64,000 nt of DNA. Source: Gammaproteobacteria bacterium (lineage in GTDB: Bacteria > Pseudomonadota > Gammaproteobacteria > GCA-001735895). This document shows positions 32,629 through 42,943 of this stretch, in pieces. Under the pieces are notes generated by a model. The model worked only from the letters and a program-made list of their open reading frames with translations, was not told the DNA's origin and did not search any database. The DNA lies in the NCBI GenBank assembly GCA_029862125.1, contig JAOTXY010000009.1, forward strand, positions 2,597 to 66,596, in the 5' to 3' direction. The number at the start of each line of letters is the position of its first letter. Position 1 is the stretch's first letter. The position numbers and the translations under genes are program-made.

Positions 32629-34233
32629 ATGAATAGCAGCAGTGATCTCAATGTCGGCGAAGCGACGATAAAACTGCTTGAAGCATACGGCGTCGATACA
32701 ATATTCGGCATACCCGGTGTGCACACGCTGGATTTTTGCAGGGGTCTTAATCAGAGCCATATTCAGCACATACAGGCGCGTAATGAACAGGGCGCCGGAT
32801 TTATGGCTGATGGTTACGCGCGCGCTTCCGGCCGACCCGGGATTGCACTGGTGATCTCCGGACCGGGCGTTACCAATGCCCTCACCGCAATCGGCCAGGC
32901 CTACGCCGACAGTATCCCGGTGTTGATGCTTTCTAGCGATGCGGCCAGTTACACCCTGGGCAAGGGATGGGGTTGCCTGCACGAAGTTCCGAGCCTGACG
33001 GACACCACGGCGCCGCTCACCGCGTTTTCCGCATGCGCGATGACACCCGAAGAGGTCCCCGGCCTGATCGCGAAAGCATTTTCGGTATTTTCCAGCGAAC
33101 GCCCGCGGCCGGTACATATCGCAATTCCGATCGACGTACTGGCGATGCCGGCGGGTGGCGAATGGGAGGCTGTCGAGTTACCCGCGCGTCCGGCACCAAC
33201 GGCAAAGAAAATAGAACGCGCTTGCGAGCTTTTAAGCGCGGCAAAGCAGCCGATGATCTGTGTCGGCGGTGGCGCCTGGCTGGCCAGCGACGCAATCACC
33301 GGGATCGCGGAAAAACTAGGTGCTGCCGTCATCGGCAGTAACGCCGGCAAGGGTATCATCGATGATTCACATCCGCTTTCCCTGAGCGCGGGTACGGTGC
33401 GCGGTGAAGTCCAGCAATACCTGAAAAATGCCGACGTCGTGCTCGCGGTTGGCACCGAGTTATCCGAAGTCGACAGCTTTGTTGAAACGCTCGAAATCAA
33501 CGGCAAAATAATCCGTATCGATCTTGATTCGCGCAAAATGAACGACCTTTACCCGGCCGAGGTGGCAATCATCGGTGGCGCCAAAACCACTACCGAGGCG
33601 ATCGCCCGACAACTCGGGGAAGTCAAAGCCCGTGCTGAAACCGTCGCCGAGGTTGCCGGTTTGAGACAGGAAATTCGTGACAACCTGAGTGAAAGCGAGG
33701 TTCGGCACTGCAAGACCCTCGATGTCCTGCGGGCTGCGCTGCCGTCCGACACTGTCGTTATGGGAGATATCTGCCAGCTGGTTTACACGGGATCATTCGC
33801 ATTTGACGTGCCGAAGCCAAGGCTCTGGCATTACCCGGCCGGCTACTGCACGCTGGGTTGCGGGCTACCCGATGCAATTGGCGCCAAGCTCGCCTTGCCG
33901 GATAAGCCCGTGGTCACCTTCGCCGGTGACGGCGGCTTCATGTTCACGGTGCAGGAACTGGTCACCGCAGCTGAACTCGGGCTGGCACTGCCCATAATCC
34001 TCTGGAACAACGACGGTTTAAAGCAAATCCAGGACGATATGAAACTACGTGACATCGAGCTGGTGGGGGTCACCGGGATCAATCCGGATTTTATCGCCCT
34101 GGCACAATCCTGTGGTTGCCATGCACTCAAAATCGACAGCGCGCAAAGTCTTACCGATGCCGTTAAAGCGGCTTTCAAGGCTGACCGTCCGACGCTGATC
34201 GAAGTGAAAGAATTCGATGCCTGGTTGAACTAA
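32629..34233 (+). CDS. thiamine-pyrophosphate-dependent enzyme (acetolactate synthase / benzoylformate decarboxylase superfamily)
   Basis: 534 aa, three-domain TPP fold: N-terminal IFGIPGVHTLDF, central domain, C-terminal GDGGFMF TPP-binding motif. Confidence 0.75.
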   Translation: MNSSSDLNVGEATIKLLEAYGVDTIFGIPGVHTLDFCRGLNQSHIQHIQARNEQGAGFMADGYARASGRPGIALVISGPGVTNALTAIGQAYADSIPVLMLSSDAASYTLGKGWGCLHEVPSLTDTTAPLTAFSACAMTPEEVPGLIAKAFSVFSSERPRPVHIAIPIDVLAMPAGGEWEAVELPARPAPTAKKIERACELLSAAKQPMICVGGGAWLASDAITGIAEKLGAAVIGSNAGKGIIDDSHPLSLSAGTVRGEVQQYLKNADVVLAVGTELSEVDSFVETLEINGKIIRIDLDSRKMNDLYPAEVAIIGGAKTTTEAIARQLGEVKARAETVAEVAGLRQEIRDNLSESEVRHCKTLDVLRAALPSDTVVMGDICQLVYTGSFAFDVPKPRLWHYPAGYCTLGCGLPDAIGAKLALPDKPVVTFAGDGGFMFTVQELVTAAELGLALPIILWNNDGLKQIQDDMKLRDIELVGVTGINPDFIALAQSCGCHALKIDSAQSLTDAVKAAFKADRPTLIEVKEFDAWLN

Positions 34234-34242
34234 GCTTTCAGT

Positions 34243-35964
34243 ATGAAACCCAGGCCACAGCAAACGATGCAGCGCATGCTGGCGATATCGCTAGTAGGCC
34301 TGGTGGTGGGATTGATTGCATCGTTTGCAACCATCGGTTTCGTCGAGCTGGTACGTTATCTAACCGATATTCTCTACGTCAGCCCATCCAGCCGAGCGCA
34401 TATGGAAGGTGGCCATCTCGGCTTGATCACGATCGCGGTACTAACTATCGGTGGCCTGGTAGTGGGTCTTATCCTGCAATTCGGGGTAAGCGAGAATAAC
34501 TCCTTCGGACCGCCCGATACAATTTACGCGGTGCAATTACATGAACGCCTGCCTCCACCGGTGGCCGGGGTAACAACTACCATAGCAGCCATTTTATCCC
34601 TGGGTTGCGGCGCCTCGGTCGGGCAGTACGGACCACTGGTATACCTCGGCACGCTGGTTGGCCAGGTCTGCAATCGTTTGCCGTTCGGCCTGCGCGACGT
34701 ACGCAACATCGCTATTGCCTGTGGCGTTGCCGCGGCAATTTCGACAGCCTTCAACGCCCCGATCGCGGCCCTGATCTTCACTCATGAAGTTATTCTGCGT
34801 CATTACTCACTACGCATGTTCGCCGCGGTAACCGTTGCCAGCGCCTGTGGATACCTCGTCGCGAACGTTATTTTCGAACACCCGCCTTTATTCCTGATCA
34901 GTTTTGAAAGCAGTTTTCGCGGCGTTGAGTTCTTCCTGTTTGCAATCGAGGGTATCGCCTGCGGCGTGCTTGCTGTCGTTTTCATGAAACTACTACAGCA
35001 GGCAGCGCAATTATCACGGCGAATAAAAGTGCCCGCGGCCTTCAAGCCGATGGCTGCAGGCTTCGTGGTGTCGCTGGTAACCTTGCAGGTGCCGGAAGTG
35101 CTGGGTGCCGGACAGGAAGTTTTCCGCCTGGCTTCGCTGGGTGGCACCTACAGCGCCGATGCATTGCTATTGATCCTGGTCGCAAAGCTGCTGGTTACGG
35201 TTCTTTGTATCGGTTTCGGATTTGCCGGTGGTGTCATATTTCCAGCGCTGTTGATCGGGGTCCTGTTTGGTGCCCTGTTCGCACTGTTGGTCCCCGAATT
35301 ATTGTTAAGTGATTATTCCGGGGTTTCGGCCTATGCAGTTTGTGGCATGGTCGCGGTCATGAGTCCGGTAATCGGCGCACCGATGACCGCGCTGCTGTTC
35401 GTATTCGAGTTCACGCGCAGCTACGAAATCACGATCGCTGCAATGGTCGCTATCGTGTTTGCCAACCTGATCGCTTTTAGATGGTATGGGCGTTCACTTT
35501 ACGATAGTCAGCTCACCGCACGAGGTATCGATCTTTCGATGGGACGCGAACGTGCCTACCTTATGCATCGCAAGGTGGCGGCCTTTGTGACCGAGTCACT
35601 TCCGGTGGTCTCGCAAAACGCCGACCTGGGTGTTTTACGCGCGCAAATGGCTGCAAAGTCGACCTCGACTGCAGTGGTTGTCGATGATGACAACCGCTAC
35701 CTGGGCCATGTTTTACAACATCAATTGCAAGGGCAGGATGACAACGAGACGGTTGGTTCTATCGATCTCCAGCGGGGAGGTGAATTTCACGAGGCAACCA
35801 GCATCTGGGAAGCAATGGAATTCATGCGCAGCTATATCGGCGAGGCGATCGCGGTAGTCGATCGCCGCAGCGGACAATACCTCGGTGCGGTCCCCGAGGC
35901 GGTGGTAATCAACGCTTATCTCGACGCGGCCCAGGAATTACGTCGAGAAGAGTACGAGGTATAA
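34243..35964 (+). CDS. ClC-family chloride channel / H+-Cl- antiporter with C-terminal CBS pair
   Basis: 573 aa. GSGIP-like selectivity motif region (GCGASVGQYGP), GxFxP (GGVIFPAL), about 10-12 TM helices, then a soluble CBS-like C-terminus. Confidence 0.8.
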   Translation: MKPRPQQTMQRMLAISLVGLVVGLIASFATIGFVELVRYLTDILYVSPSSRAHMEGGHLGLITIAVLTIGGLVVGLILQFGVSENNSFGPPDTIYAVQLHERLPPPVAGVTTTIAAILSLGCGASVGQYGPLVYLGTLVGQVCNRLPFGLRDVRNIAIACGVAAAISTAFNAPIAALIFTHEVILRHYSLRMFAAVTVASACGYLVANVIFEHPPLFLISFESSFRGVEFFLFAIEGIACGVLAVVFMKLLQQAAQLSRRIKVPAAFKPMAAGFVVSLVTLQVPEVLGAGQEVFRLASLGGTYSADALLLILVAKLLVTVLCIGFGFAGGVIFPALLIGVLFGALFALLVPELLLSDYSGVSAYAVCGMVAVMSPVIGAPMTALLFVFEFTRSYEITIAAMVAIVFANLIAFRWYGRSLYDSQLTARGIDLSMGRERAYLMHRKVAAFVTESLPVVSQNADLGVLRAQMAAKSTSTAVVVDDDNRYLGHVLQHQLQGQDDNETVGSIDLQRGGEFHEATSIWEAMEFMRSYIGEAIAVVDRRSGQYLGAVPEAVVINAYLDAAQELRREEYEV

Positions 35965-35967
35965 ACA

Positions 35968-36795
35968 TTGGATTTTTATCAAATGATCATCAACCAGGCC
36001 GCCAACGCGCTCGATGAAGATGTCGGCAGTGGCGATATCAGTGCAGAGTTGATCGACGCAAACACGCTGCTGGAAACCGAGCTGCTGGTGCGCGAGGACG
36101 CGGTACTCTGCGGCTGCCAATGGTTCGACGAGGTTTTTCGTCAATGCGATGACAGGATTAACATCCGATGGCAAGCGCAGGACGGTGATGCGGTGACCTC
36201 GAATGCTGTTGTATGCGAGGTTTCGGGCCCGGCACGTGGTCTGCTTACCGCCGAGCGCGCCGCGTTGAATTTTTTACAGACGCTCTCCGGAACTGCAACC
36301 CTGACACGAAGCTACGTCGACAAAATAAAACACACCGACTGTAAAATTCTCGACACTCGTAAAACCATCCCTCAACTCCGTTACGGACAAAAGTATGCGG
36401 TGCTGTGCGGCGGCGGCAGTAATCATCGCATCGGACTGTTCGATGCCTTTTTGATCAAGGAAAATCACCTTGCTGCCAGCGACGGAATTGCCCGTGCCGT
36501 ATCACGTGCGCGCCAGATTCACCCGGATAAGTTTCTCGAGGTCGAGGTTGAAAACCTGGAGCAATTGCAACAGGCGATTGACGCCGGGGTTGAGCGTGCC
36601 CTGCTCGATAATTTCTCTATTCCCGTAATGCAGCGCGCGGTCGAACTCAATAATCGACATATCGAACTCGAAGCTTCGGGTAATATCGACCTGGAAAACC
36701 TTGTCGAATACGCTGAAACCGGCGTTGACTTTATCTCCATCGGCGCGCTCACCAAAAATCTGCGCGCGATCGACTTCTCACTGCGTTATCGTTAA
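35968..36795 (+). CDS. nadC: nicotinate-nucleotide diphosphorylase (quinolinate phosphoribosyltransferase)
   Basis: Colinear with E. coli NadC (TAERAALNFLQTLSG, LDTRKT, YAVLCGGGSNHRIGLFDAFLIKENH, GVDFISIGALTK). Start uncertain: TTG at 35968 or ATG at 35983. Confidence 0.85.
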   Translation: MDFYQMIINQAANALDEDVGSGDISAELIDANTLLETELLVREDAVLCGCQWFDEVFRQCDDRINIRWQAQDGDAVTSNAVVCEVSGPARGLLTAERAALNFLQTLSGTATLTRSYVDKIKHTDCKILDTRKTIPQLRYGQKYAVLCGGGSNHRIGLFDAFLIKENHLAASDGIARAVSRARQIHPDKFLEVEVENLEQLQQAIDAGVERALLDNFSIPVMQRAVELNNRHIELEASGNIDLENLVEYAETGVDFISIGALTKNLRAIDFSLRYR

Positions 36796-37146
36796 GCGGG
36801 TTCCCTGAATCCGGCAATAATTCATTGCTGTCACTTTATCGGGGAAGCGCATTAAGTACATAGCGCTCCCGGCCAATCAATTCAGCTTATACCTGACTAT
36901 CCGTCAAACCTATAGCATCCGTTGGCGAAAACAATTTTCTTGCCCCCGGCAGCTGATCTATGCTCCCTGCCGGACCAGCATTTAATCAGGAAACCGGAAA
37001 TCATTCGCTAAATAAGTATTCATTATTCTGCTATTATTTAATGTTTAAAGTTTACATTAAACAATCAGTAAATAGCTGATTGTAGGAGTCCAGGCATAAG
37101 CGGAAGTGGCATTCTGATCAACCTGATAGGTGGCGTCGCCCTCCTA

Positions 37147-38808
37147 TTGTGGGGCTTGCGCATGGTAAGGGTTGGCATGTCCGAAAGCTGGGGTAGCGAA
37201 ATTCGTAGCGCCTTAGGGGCCAGCCTGAATAATCGTTTCAAAGCCTTCTTCTCCGGTATTGGCGTGACCATGTTGTTGCAAAGCAGCAGTGCCACCGCCT
37301 TGCTGACATCATCGTTTAGCGGCCAGGGTATCCTCACCACCGCAACCGCACTTGCGATACTGCTTGGAGCCGATGTCGGCACCACCCTCGTGGCGCAGGT
37401 TCTAACCTTCGACCTATCGGCCCTGTCACCACTACTGATTGCCCTGGGCGTAGCTTTGTTTACATACTCTCCGGGGGGACGCACGCGCGACATCGGACGC
37501 CTGCTGCTGGGTATTGGCATGATGCTGCTAGCGCTGAAGCTGATCGTTACGGCCTCGCTACCGATGCGCGAATCTTTAATCATCCAGCAGATATTTGTCG
37601 CCCTCGGCGAAGACCTGATACTGGCCGTGATTTTCGGCGCGATTATTGCCTGGGCATCGCATTCGAGCCTCGCAACTGTTTTGCTCGTGATCGCACTCGC
37701 CAGCACCAAGTCGCTGGACATCACCGTCGCCTTCGCCTTTATACTGGGTGCCAATATCGGCGGTGCGATTCCACCATTGATTGCCACCCTCGGCGCCAAC
37801 CGTACAGCAAGGCAACCACCATTGGGAAACCTGCTGTTTAGAATATGTGGTGTCGTGATCGCGTTACCTTTCGTCGGTATGATCGCCAACGAGCTCTCAC
37901 CGCTTGAGATCAGCCATGCACGCCAGATCGCAAACTTTCACATGCTTTTCAATATCACTCTGGCAGTACTTTGCTTTCCCCTGATCAACCACATGGTTGC
38001 TCTCACCGCGCGCATGATTCCCGAAGACAAGAAAGTGATTGACGAGATGCAACCCAGGGATCTTGACCGCGGTGCCTTCGAAACGCCCCTGGTGGCTTTA
38101 GTCAATGCCGAACGCGAGGTTTTGCGTATGGGAGAAGTCGTTGAACGCATGTTCCGCAATTCTTTTATTGCGCTCAAGAAGAACGACCACCAGCTGGCGA
38201 AGCGTAGTCGCAAGATGGATCAGGTAGTAAACCAGTATTACGATAACGTGAAACGCTACCTGACTGCATTGGCGCGCGAAACACTCGGTGAAAAGGAAAG
38301 CAGGCGCTGTAATGAAATTTTAAGTTTTGCGACCAACCTGGAACACATCGGCGACATTATTTCGGGGGACCTGATTCGCAATATCCTGCGCAAAAAACTG
38401 GTCCCTGGTAACAAGATGTCGACGCAGGATCGCAAGGACATCAATAATCTCTATCGGCCGGTGTTATCGACATTCCAGTTATCATTGAGCGTTTTTACAT
38501 CGTCCGATATCGCCATGGCGCGGCAATTGCTGGCCAGAAAATACAAGTTCATCAAGCGAGAAAAAAAGGCGGTAACGAATCACCTGCAAAAAATTCGTGA
38601 CGACTCGCATTACGATTCACAACTGAGCGCCATGCAGCTCGACGTGCTGCGGGACCTCAGACGCATCAACTCGTACCAGGCCGCGGTCGCCTACCCGATT
38701 CTGGAAGAAGCCGGCCAGTTGCGCAGCAGTCGCCTGCGTCGCAGCAAGTCGGACAAAGTCGCATTCCCACGGGTCAAAGGCACCATGAAAGCTTCGATCA
38801 GCAGCTAA
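37147..38808 (+). CDS. Na+/phosphate cotransporter family protein (NptA-like, with C-terminal PhoU-like domains)
   Basis: Two Na/Pi-cotransporter repeats (LQSSSATALLT..., LGANIGG...) and a C-terminal PhoU-like helical domain. The frame is open upstream to 37072, encoding GILINLIGGVALLL, which looks like part of the first TM. No ATG/GTG there, so the true start is unresolved and 37147 (TTG) is a minimum. Confidence 0.7.
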   Translation: MWGLRMVRVGMSESWGSEIRSALGASLNNRFKAFFSGIGVTMLLQSSSATALLTSSFSGQGILTTATALAILLGADVGTTLVAQVLTFDLSALSPLLIALGVALFTYSPGGRTRDIGRLLLGIGMMLLALKLIVTASLPMRESLIIQQIFVALGEDLILAVIFGAIIAWASHSSLATVLLVIALASTKSLDITVAFAFILGANIGGAIPPLIATLGANRTARQPPLGNLLFRICGVVIALPFVGMIANELSPLEISHARQIANFHMLFNITLAVLCFPLINHMVALTARMIPEDKKVIDEMQPRDLDRGAFETPLVALVNAEREVLRMGEVVERMFRNSFIALKKNDHQLAKRSRKMDQVVNQYYDNVKRYLTALARETLGEKESRRCNEILSFATNLEHIGDIISGDLIRNILRKKLVPGNKMSTQDRKDINNLYRPVLSTFQLSLSVFTSSDIAMARQLLARKYKFIKREKKAVTNHLQKIRDDSHYDSQLSAMQLDVLRDLRRINSYQAAVAYPILEEAGQLRSSRLRRSKSDKVAFPRVKGTMKASISS

Positions 38809-38866
38809 ACGCCGGTTGCATCGATTTAGCAAGTGATCAGGTAGTAATAGTTTCTGGATAAAGGCT

Positions 38867-39283
38867 ATGAAAATCATTAGCAAACATTTTTTACTGCTGG
38901 GACTTATCCTGGTATCGATGAGCGTCTACGCGTCGGACGCCAAGGTCCGTGATGCAGACGAGGCTGCCGGCAAATGGCTCGCCCTGATCGATGGCCGCCA
39001 GTACCTGGATTCGTGGAACCAGGCGGCTTCATTGTTTAAGCAGCAGGTCAGCGCCGACAACTGGTTACAAGCGATAAGCGCCGCGCGTCAACCCCTCGGG
39101 GCCATGATCAGTCGTAAGCTAGTTTCGGCAACCTACGCAACCAGTCTGCCGGGCGCCCCCGACGGTGAGTACGTGGTACTGCAGTATCAAACCAGGTTCA
39201 AGTTTAAAAAAAGTGCGGTTGAAACCGTCACCCCGATGCTTGATAACAAGCGCTGGCGCGTTTCCGGTTACTACGTTCGTTAA
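38867..39283 (+). CDS. DUF4019-like secreted hypothetical protein
   Basis: 138 aa with signal peptide (LLLGLILVSMSVYA). Pattern WLALIDGRQYLDSW...VVLQYQTRFK...KRWRVSGYYV matches the DUF4019 family by recollection. Confidence 0.5.
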   Translation: MKIISKHFLLLGLILVSMSVYASDAKVRDADEAAGKWLALIDGRQYLDSWNQAASLFKQQVSADNWLQAISAARQPLGAMISRKLVSATYATSLPGAPDGEYVVLQYQTRFKFKKSAVETVTPMLDNKRWRVSGYYVR

Positions 39284-39366
39284 ACACCTGTTTTGAACAA
39301 ACAGGCGGTCATCGAAAATATTGAGCAACGACTATCCACATCAGATATTGAGGCAGGAGTAATCCC

Positions 39367-39834
39367 ATGTTGAACTGGTTAAAAAATCTCTTCTCCCCAC
39401 CCGAACCTGCCGGCCCGCCGCGACTGATTCAGCGCTTCGATGGATCCCAGGCAACCATAAGCAGCGGTTCGATAATCGCTGACGCCGAGGGATGGCACAT
39501 CAACACCGATGAATCCGTGACTGTTCAGCTGTTTGAGCTGGATCCCGGTGATATTGAAAACGGCCTGGTGACTTACAAGGCTTCAATTAAATCCGAAGCA
39601 GTTAAAAAACAGGGCTACCTGGAAATGTGGTGTCGATTGCCGGGAAAGGGGGAGTTTTTTTCCAAGGGTTTGAATAACACGGTCAAAGGCAGCAATGACT
39701 GGGCTAGCTACGAAATCCCCTTTTACCTGAAAAAGGAACAGAACCCTGACCTGCTAAAACTGAACTTCACACTCGAAGGCGGTGGCAAAGTCTGGCTCAA
39801 GGATATCGAAGTCAGCTTCACCCCGTTCAAGTAG
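39367..39834 (+). CDS. hypothetical protein
   Basis: 155-aa ORF with reasonable SD (GAGG 8 bp upstream). No recognisable family. Confidence 0.4.
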   Translation: MLNWLKNLFSPPEPAGPPRLIQRFDGSQATISSGSIIADAEGWHINTDESVTVQLFELDPGDIENGLVTYKASIKSEAVKKQGYLEMWCRLPGKGEFFSKGLNNTVKGSNDWASYEIPFYLKKEQNPDLLKLNFTLEGGGKVWLKDIEVSFTPFK

Positions 39835-39842
39835 GTCTTGTT

Positions 39843-40484
39843 TCAAGCTTTCAACACTTGCAGGCGTTCGAGGGTGCCTATATCGGCCCAGCTTCCACGG
39901 AACAATTCACCCGTGACTTGTTGTTGACTCGCCGCAACATGCAACATCGGAGCGAGTGCATGCTTGCCCGGTGTCAGTCCTTCGAAAAAGCTGCTATGGA
40001 ACTGCGCAATACCGCTGAAGGTGTAGCACGGCGAGCCGTTATTACCGACCGTCGATTCTTGCAGGCTAAAATCCCCGTCTGCATTGTGTTGCGGATTTTC
40101 AACCAGCACCAAGTGCGCCATGCTGTCTAATTGCCGTAGCCGTGCAAAGTCGTAGTCGGTAAAAATGTCAGCGTTAATGGTGATAAAACGCTCACCCAGT
40201 AGCGGTAAAGCCTGCAAGATACCGCCCGCGGTTTCGAGTGCCTCGGGTTCATCGCTGTATTCGATAGCAAGATTGAAATTGGTTCCGTCACCAAGGAAGT
40301 CGCGAATCTGATTCCCAAGCCAGCTGAGGTTGACGACAATCCCGGTGAATCCCGCCCGGGACAGGGCTTCGAGATGATGCACGATCAGCGGTTTGCCCTG
40401 CACTTCGAGCAGGGGTTTCGGAACAGTATCCGTTAGTGGACGCATGCGCTCGCCCCTTCCAGCGGCCAGGATCATTGCTTTCAT
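39843..40484 (-). CDS. murU: N-acetylmuramate alpha-1-phosphate uridylyltransferase MurU
   Basis: 213 aa. MKAMILAAGRGERMRPLT nucleotidyltransferase N-terminus and near-colinear similarity to Pseudomonas putida MurU. Immediately downstream of amgK. Confidence 0.8.
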   Translation of the reverse strand: MKAMILAAGRGERMRPLTDTVPKPLLEVQGKPLIVHHLEALSRAGFTGIVVNLSWLGNQIRDFLGDGTNFNLAIEYSDEPEALETAGGILQALPLLGERFITINADIFTDYDFARLRQLDSMAHLVLVENPQHNADGDFSLQESTVGNNGSPCYTFSGIAQFHSSFFEGLTPGKHALAPMLHVAASQQQVTGELFRGSWADIGTLERLQVLKA

Positions 40485-40491
40485 AACTTGT

Positions 40492-41487
40492 TCAAGATGG
40501 TATCAGCGCTCCTGCGCGCTGGTTCAACTTCAGTTGCTCTATGATCGAGAGCAAGCCTACCATAGACGTTTCCGCGGCACCGGCCTGGTTCACATAGTCG
40601 AGCGTACGCGGTATATCTTTCAGGTATCTCGGTTTTCCGTCACGGATATTAAGACGCGCAAATATCCCGATCGCCTTGAGATGACGTTGTATTCCCATCA
40701 GGTTAAACCAGCGCATGAACTGCGCGGCTTTGACGTCAACCAGCTCGTGGACGCACGCAGATTCGTAATAATCCAGTGCCAGCTGATCGACATGCGCCGG
40801 GGGCCAGGCAATGTAGCAATCTCGCAGCAACGAAACCAGGTCGTAGGTAATCGGCCCTTTAACCGCGTCCTGAAAATCCAGGATCCCCGGATTGTGCGTG
40901 TCGACTTTCATCAGGTTACGCGAATGGTAATCGCGGTGTACAAATACCTGCGGCTGCTCCAGTGCATTTTCAACCAGCGCCTGCTTGATCGACTGCCAGC
41001 TCGACTGCTGCGCCGGGTCGAGCGAAATACCAAGCTGTCTGCCAAGAAACCAGTCATGAAACAGATCGAGCTCCTGGTTCAACAGGGCTTCATCATAGTT
41101 CGGTAAATCTTCGGCATCGATACGGCTTTGCATCAACAACAGGGCCGCGAGCGCATCTGCGTATAGCGAACCTTCACTTTCCGGGTTAAGTTGCGAGAGA
41201 TAGTCGTTGCGTCCGAAATCGGTCAGAACCAGGAATCCCTCGGCCAGGTTCTGGGCAATGATTGCGGGCGCGTTTAAATCGGCATCACGTAGTTTTTGTG
41301 CGACCGCGATGAAGGGCCCGCAGGACTCCTTGTCCGGTGGCGCATCCATTACAATCCGCGATCCATCACCCGCCTCCAGCCTCAGATAACTACGAAAACT
41401 GGCGTCCTCGGAGGCGGCACTCAGGCTGTAATCCCGATAACCGAGTTGATCCAGCCAATGTTTTAATTGATTCGATCTATCGCTCAT
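40492..41487 (-). CDS. amgK: N-acetylmuramate/N-acetylglucosamine kinase AmgK (aminoglycoside-phosphotransferase fold)
   Basis: 331 aa. APH-like catalytic motif VFVHRDYHSRNLM, Brenner-type region. Conserved amgK-murU pairing. Confidence 0.8.
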   Translation of the reverse strand: MSDRSNQLKHWLDQLGYRDYSLSAASEDASFRSYLRLEAGDGSRIVMDAPPDKESCGPFIAVAQKLRDADLNAPAIIAQNLAEGFLVLTDFGRNDYLSQLNPESEGSLYADALAALLLMQSRIDAEDLPNYDEALLNQELDLFHDWFLGRQLGISLDPAQQSSWQSIKQALVENALEQPQVFVHRDYHSRNLMKVDTHNPGILDFQDAVKGPITYDLVSLLRDCYIAWPPAHVDQLALDYYESACVHELVDVKAAQFMRWFNLMGIQRHLKAIGIFARLNIRDGKPRYLKDIPRTLDYVNQAGAAETSMVGLLSIIEQLKLNQRAGALIPS

Positions 41488-41562
41488 ATGGCGGTTGCGG
41501 CTGCGATTCTGTTAAAAGGCCGGTATTATCCGGTTTTTAATTACACAAACGCAATAGATCTA

Positions 41563-42345
41563 ATGAGCGCAATTGAAAACCTGCTCCAGGTAATGAAGGA
41601 TTTACGTCACCCGGATAACGGCTGTCCCTGGGATATCCGTCAAACCAGCGCTTCGATCGCCGGCTACACGCTGGATGAAACCCACGAATTGCTCGACGCG
41701 ATCGAGCGCGACGACACACAGAACCTGAAGGAAGAACTGGGCGATCTGCTGTTTAACATCGTGTTTCATGCGCGTATTGCTGAAGAACAGGGCCAGTTCA
41801 CTTTCGATGATGTCGCCCAGGGGATCACCGATAAAATGCTGCGCCGTCACCCGCACGTTTTCGGTGACACACGTGATCAGGAGTTTAACGATGAAACCCT
41901 GTCACAACAGTGGCAGACACTCAAGCAACAGGAAAAGTCGAACCAGGCAAGGCCGGAGCTGGGTGAAGACTCTGGCTCCAACTCGGCCATTTACCGTGCC
42001 CGCCAGATCCAGAAGGATGCCGCCGTTTTTGGCTTCGACTGGCCGGACATAAGTCCGGTGTTCGATAAACTCGAGGAAGAACTGGCGGAGTTAAAGCACG
42101 CTTTCAGCACCGGCGACAGCCGGGCCATCAGCGACGAGATCGGAGACCTGATGTTTGTTTGCATTAATCTCGCTCGCCACGCCAGGGTTAACGCCGAAAT
42201 GTCACTGCGTAATACCAATCAAAAATTCCTGCGCCGCTTTGCTTACGTGCAGCAACAAATGGCGAACGCCGGTATCGAAATGGATCAGCAGCAGCTCGAA
42301 CAGATGGAATACTTCTGGCAGGAATCCAAGAGCACGGTCGGATGA
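41563..42345 (+). CDS. mazG: nucleoside triphosphate pyrophosphohydrolase MazG
   Basis: Tandem MazG domains (EETHELLDAIE...ELGDLLF and EELAELK...EIGDLMFV). Start chosen at MSAIENLL by homology; the tracked ORF extends 32 codons upstream. Confidence 0.85.
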   Translation: MSAIENLLQVMKDLRHPDNGCPWDIRQTSASIAGYTLDETHELLDAIERDDTQNLKEELGDLLFNIVFHARIAEEQGQFTFDDVAQGITDKMLRRHPHVFGDTRDQEFNDETLSQQWQTLKQQEKSNQARPELGEDSGSNSAIYRARQIQKDAAVFGFDWPDISPVFDKLEEELAELKHAFSTGDSRAISDEIGDLMFVCINLARHARVNAEMSLRNTNQKFLRRFAYVQQQMANAGIEMDQQQLEQMEYFWQESKSTVG

Positions 42346-42355
42346 AAGCTAAAAC

Positions 42356-42943
42356 ATGACCAGAAGCAGGATACAAACCGAACAACGAATCCTCGATGCG
42401 GTGGGTGCAATTTTGCTCGATCAGGGTTACCCCGCGGTTGGTATTAACGCGATTGCGCGCCAGGCTGGTTGCGATAAGGTCTTGATTTACCGTTATTTTG
42501 GCGGTTTTGACGAATTACTGCTGGCATTCGCGGAAACCACCACCCTGTGGTGGGAAGTGGATGAAATTTTAACCGAAACAGCTGCCGAGTGTGCTGAAAT
42601 CGCGCTACCCGATTTCCTGCAACGCTTGCTCAACCGCTATGTCACCGCACTGGAATCACGCCCGATGGCGCTTGAAATTATGGCCTGGGAAATGTCGGAG
42701 CAAAACAACCTGACCAATACGCTGGCGCGTATACGCGGCGAGCGGGGCATGGAGCTAGTGAAACGGATCCGTGCTTTTTATCATCAACCGAACATCGACA
42801 TCGGTGGCGTTCTAGGCGTATTTGGCGCTTCCATAAACTACCTGGTGATTCGAACGCGCAAACAATCGCAGCAATACAAGGTCGAGGAATGGTGGCGACT
42901 GCAACAGACCATAGGCAAGCTGCTGCAGGCATATGCCGACTGA
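42356..42943 (+). CDS. TetR/AcrR-family transcriptional regulator
   Basis: 195 aa. N-terminal HTH ILDAVGAILLDQGYPAVGINAIARQAGCDKVLIYRYFGG. Confidence 0.75.
   Translation: MTRSRIQTEQRILDAVGAILLDQGYPAVGINAIARQAGCDKVLIYRYFGGFDELLLAFAETTTLWWEVDEILTETAAECAEIALPDFLQRLLNRYVTALESRPMALEIMAWEMSEQNNLTNTLARIRGERGMELVKRIRAFYHQPNIDIGGVLGVFGASINYLVIRTRKQSQQYKVEEWWRLQQTIGKLLQAYAD

Noticed and set aside
37065-37889. 274-aa minus-strand ORF antisense to the Na/Pi cotransporter gene
   Set aside because: Fully embedded in, and antisense to, a well-supported transporter gene. Low-complexity Ala/Pro/Arg-rich translation typical of GC-rich antisense frames.
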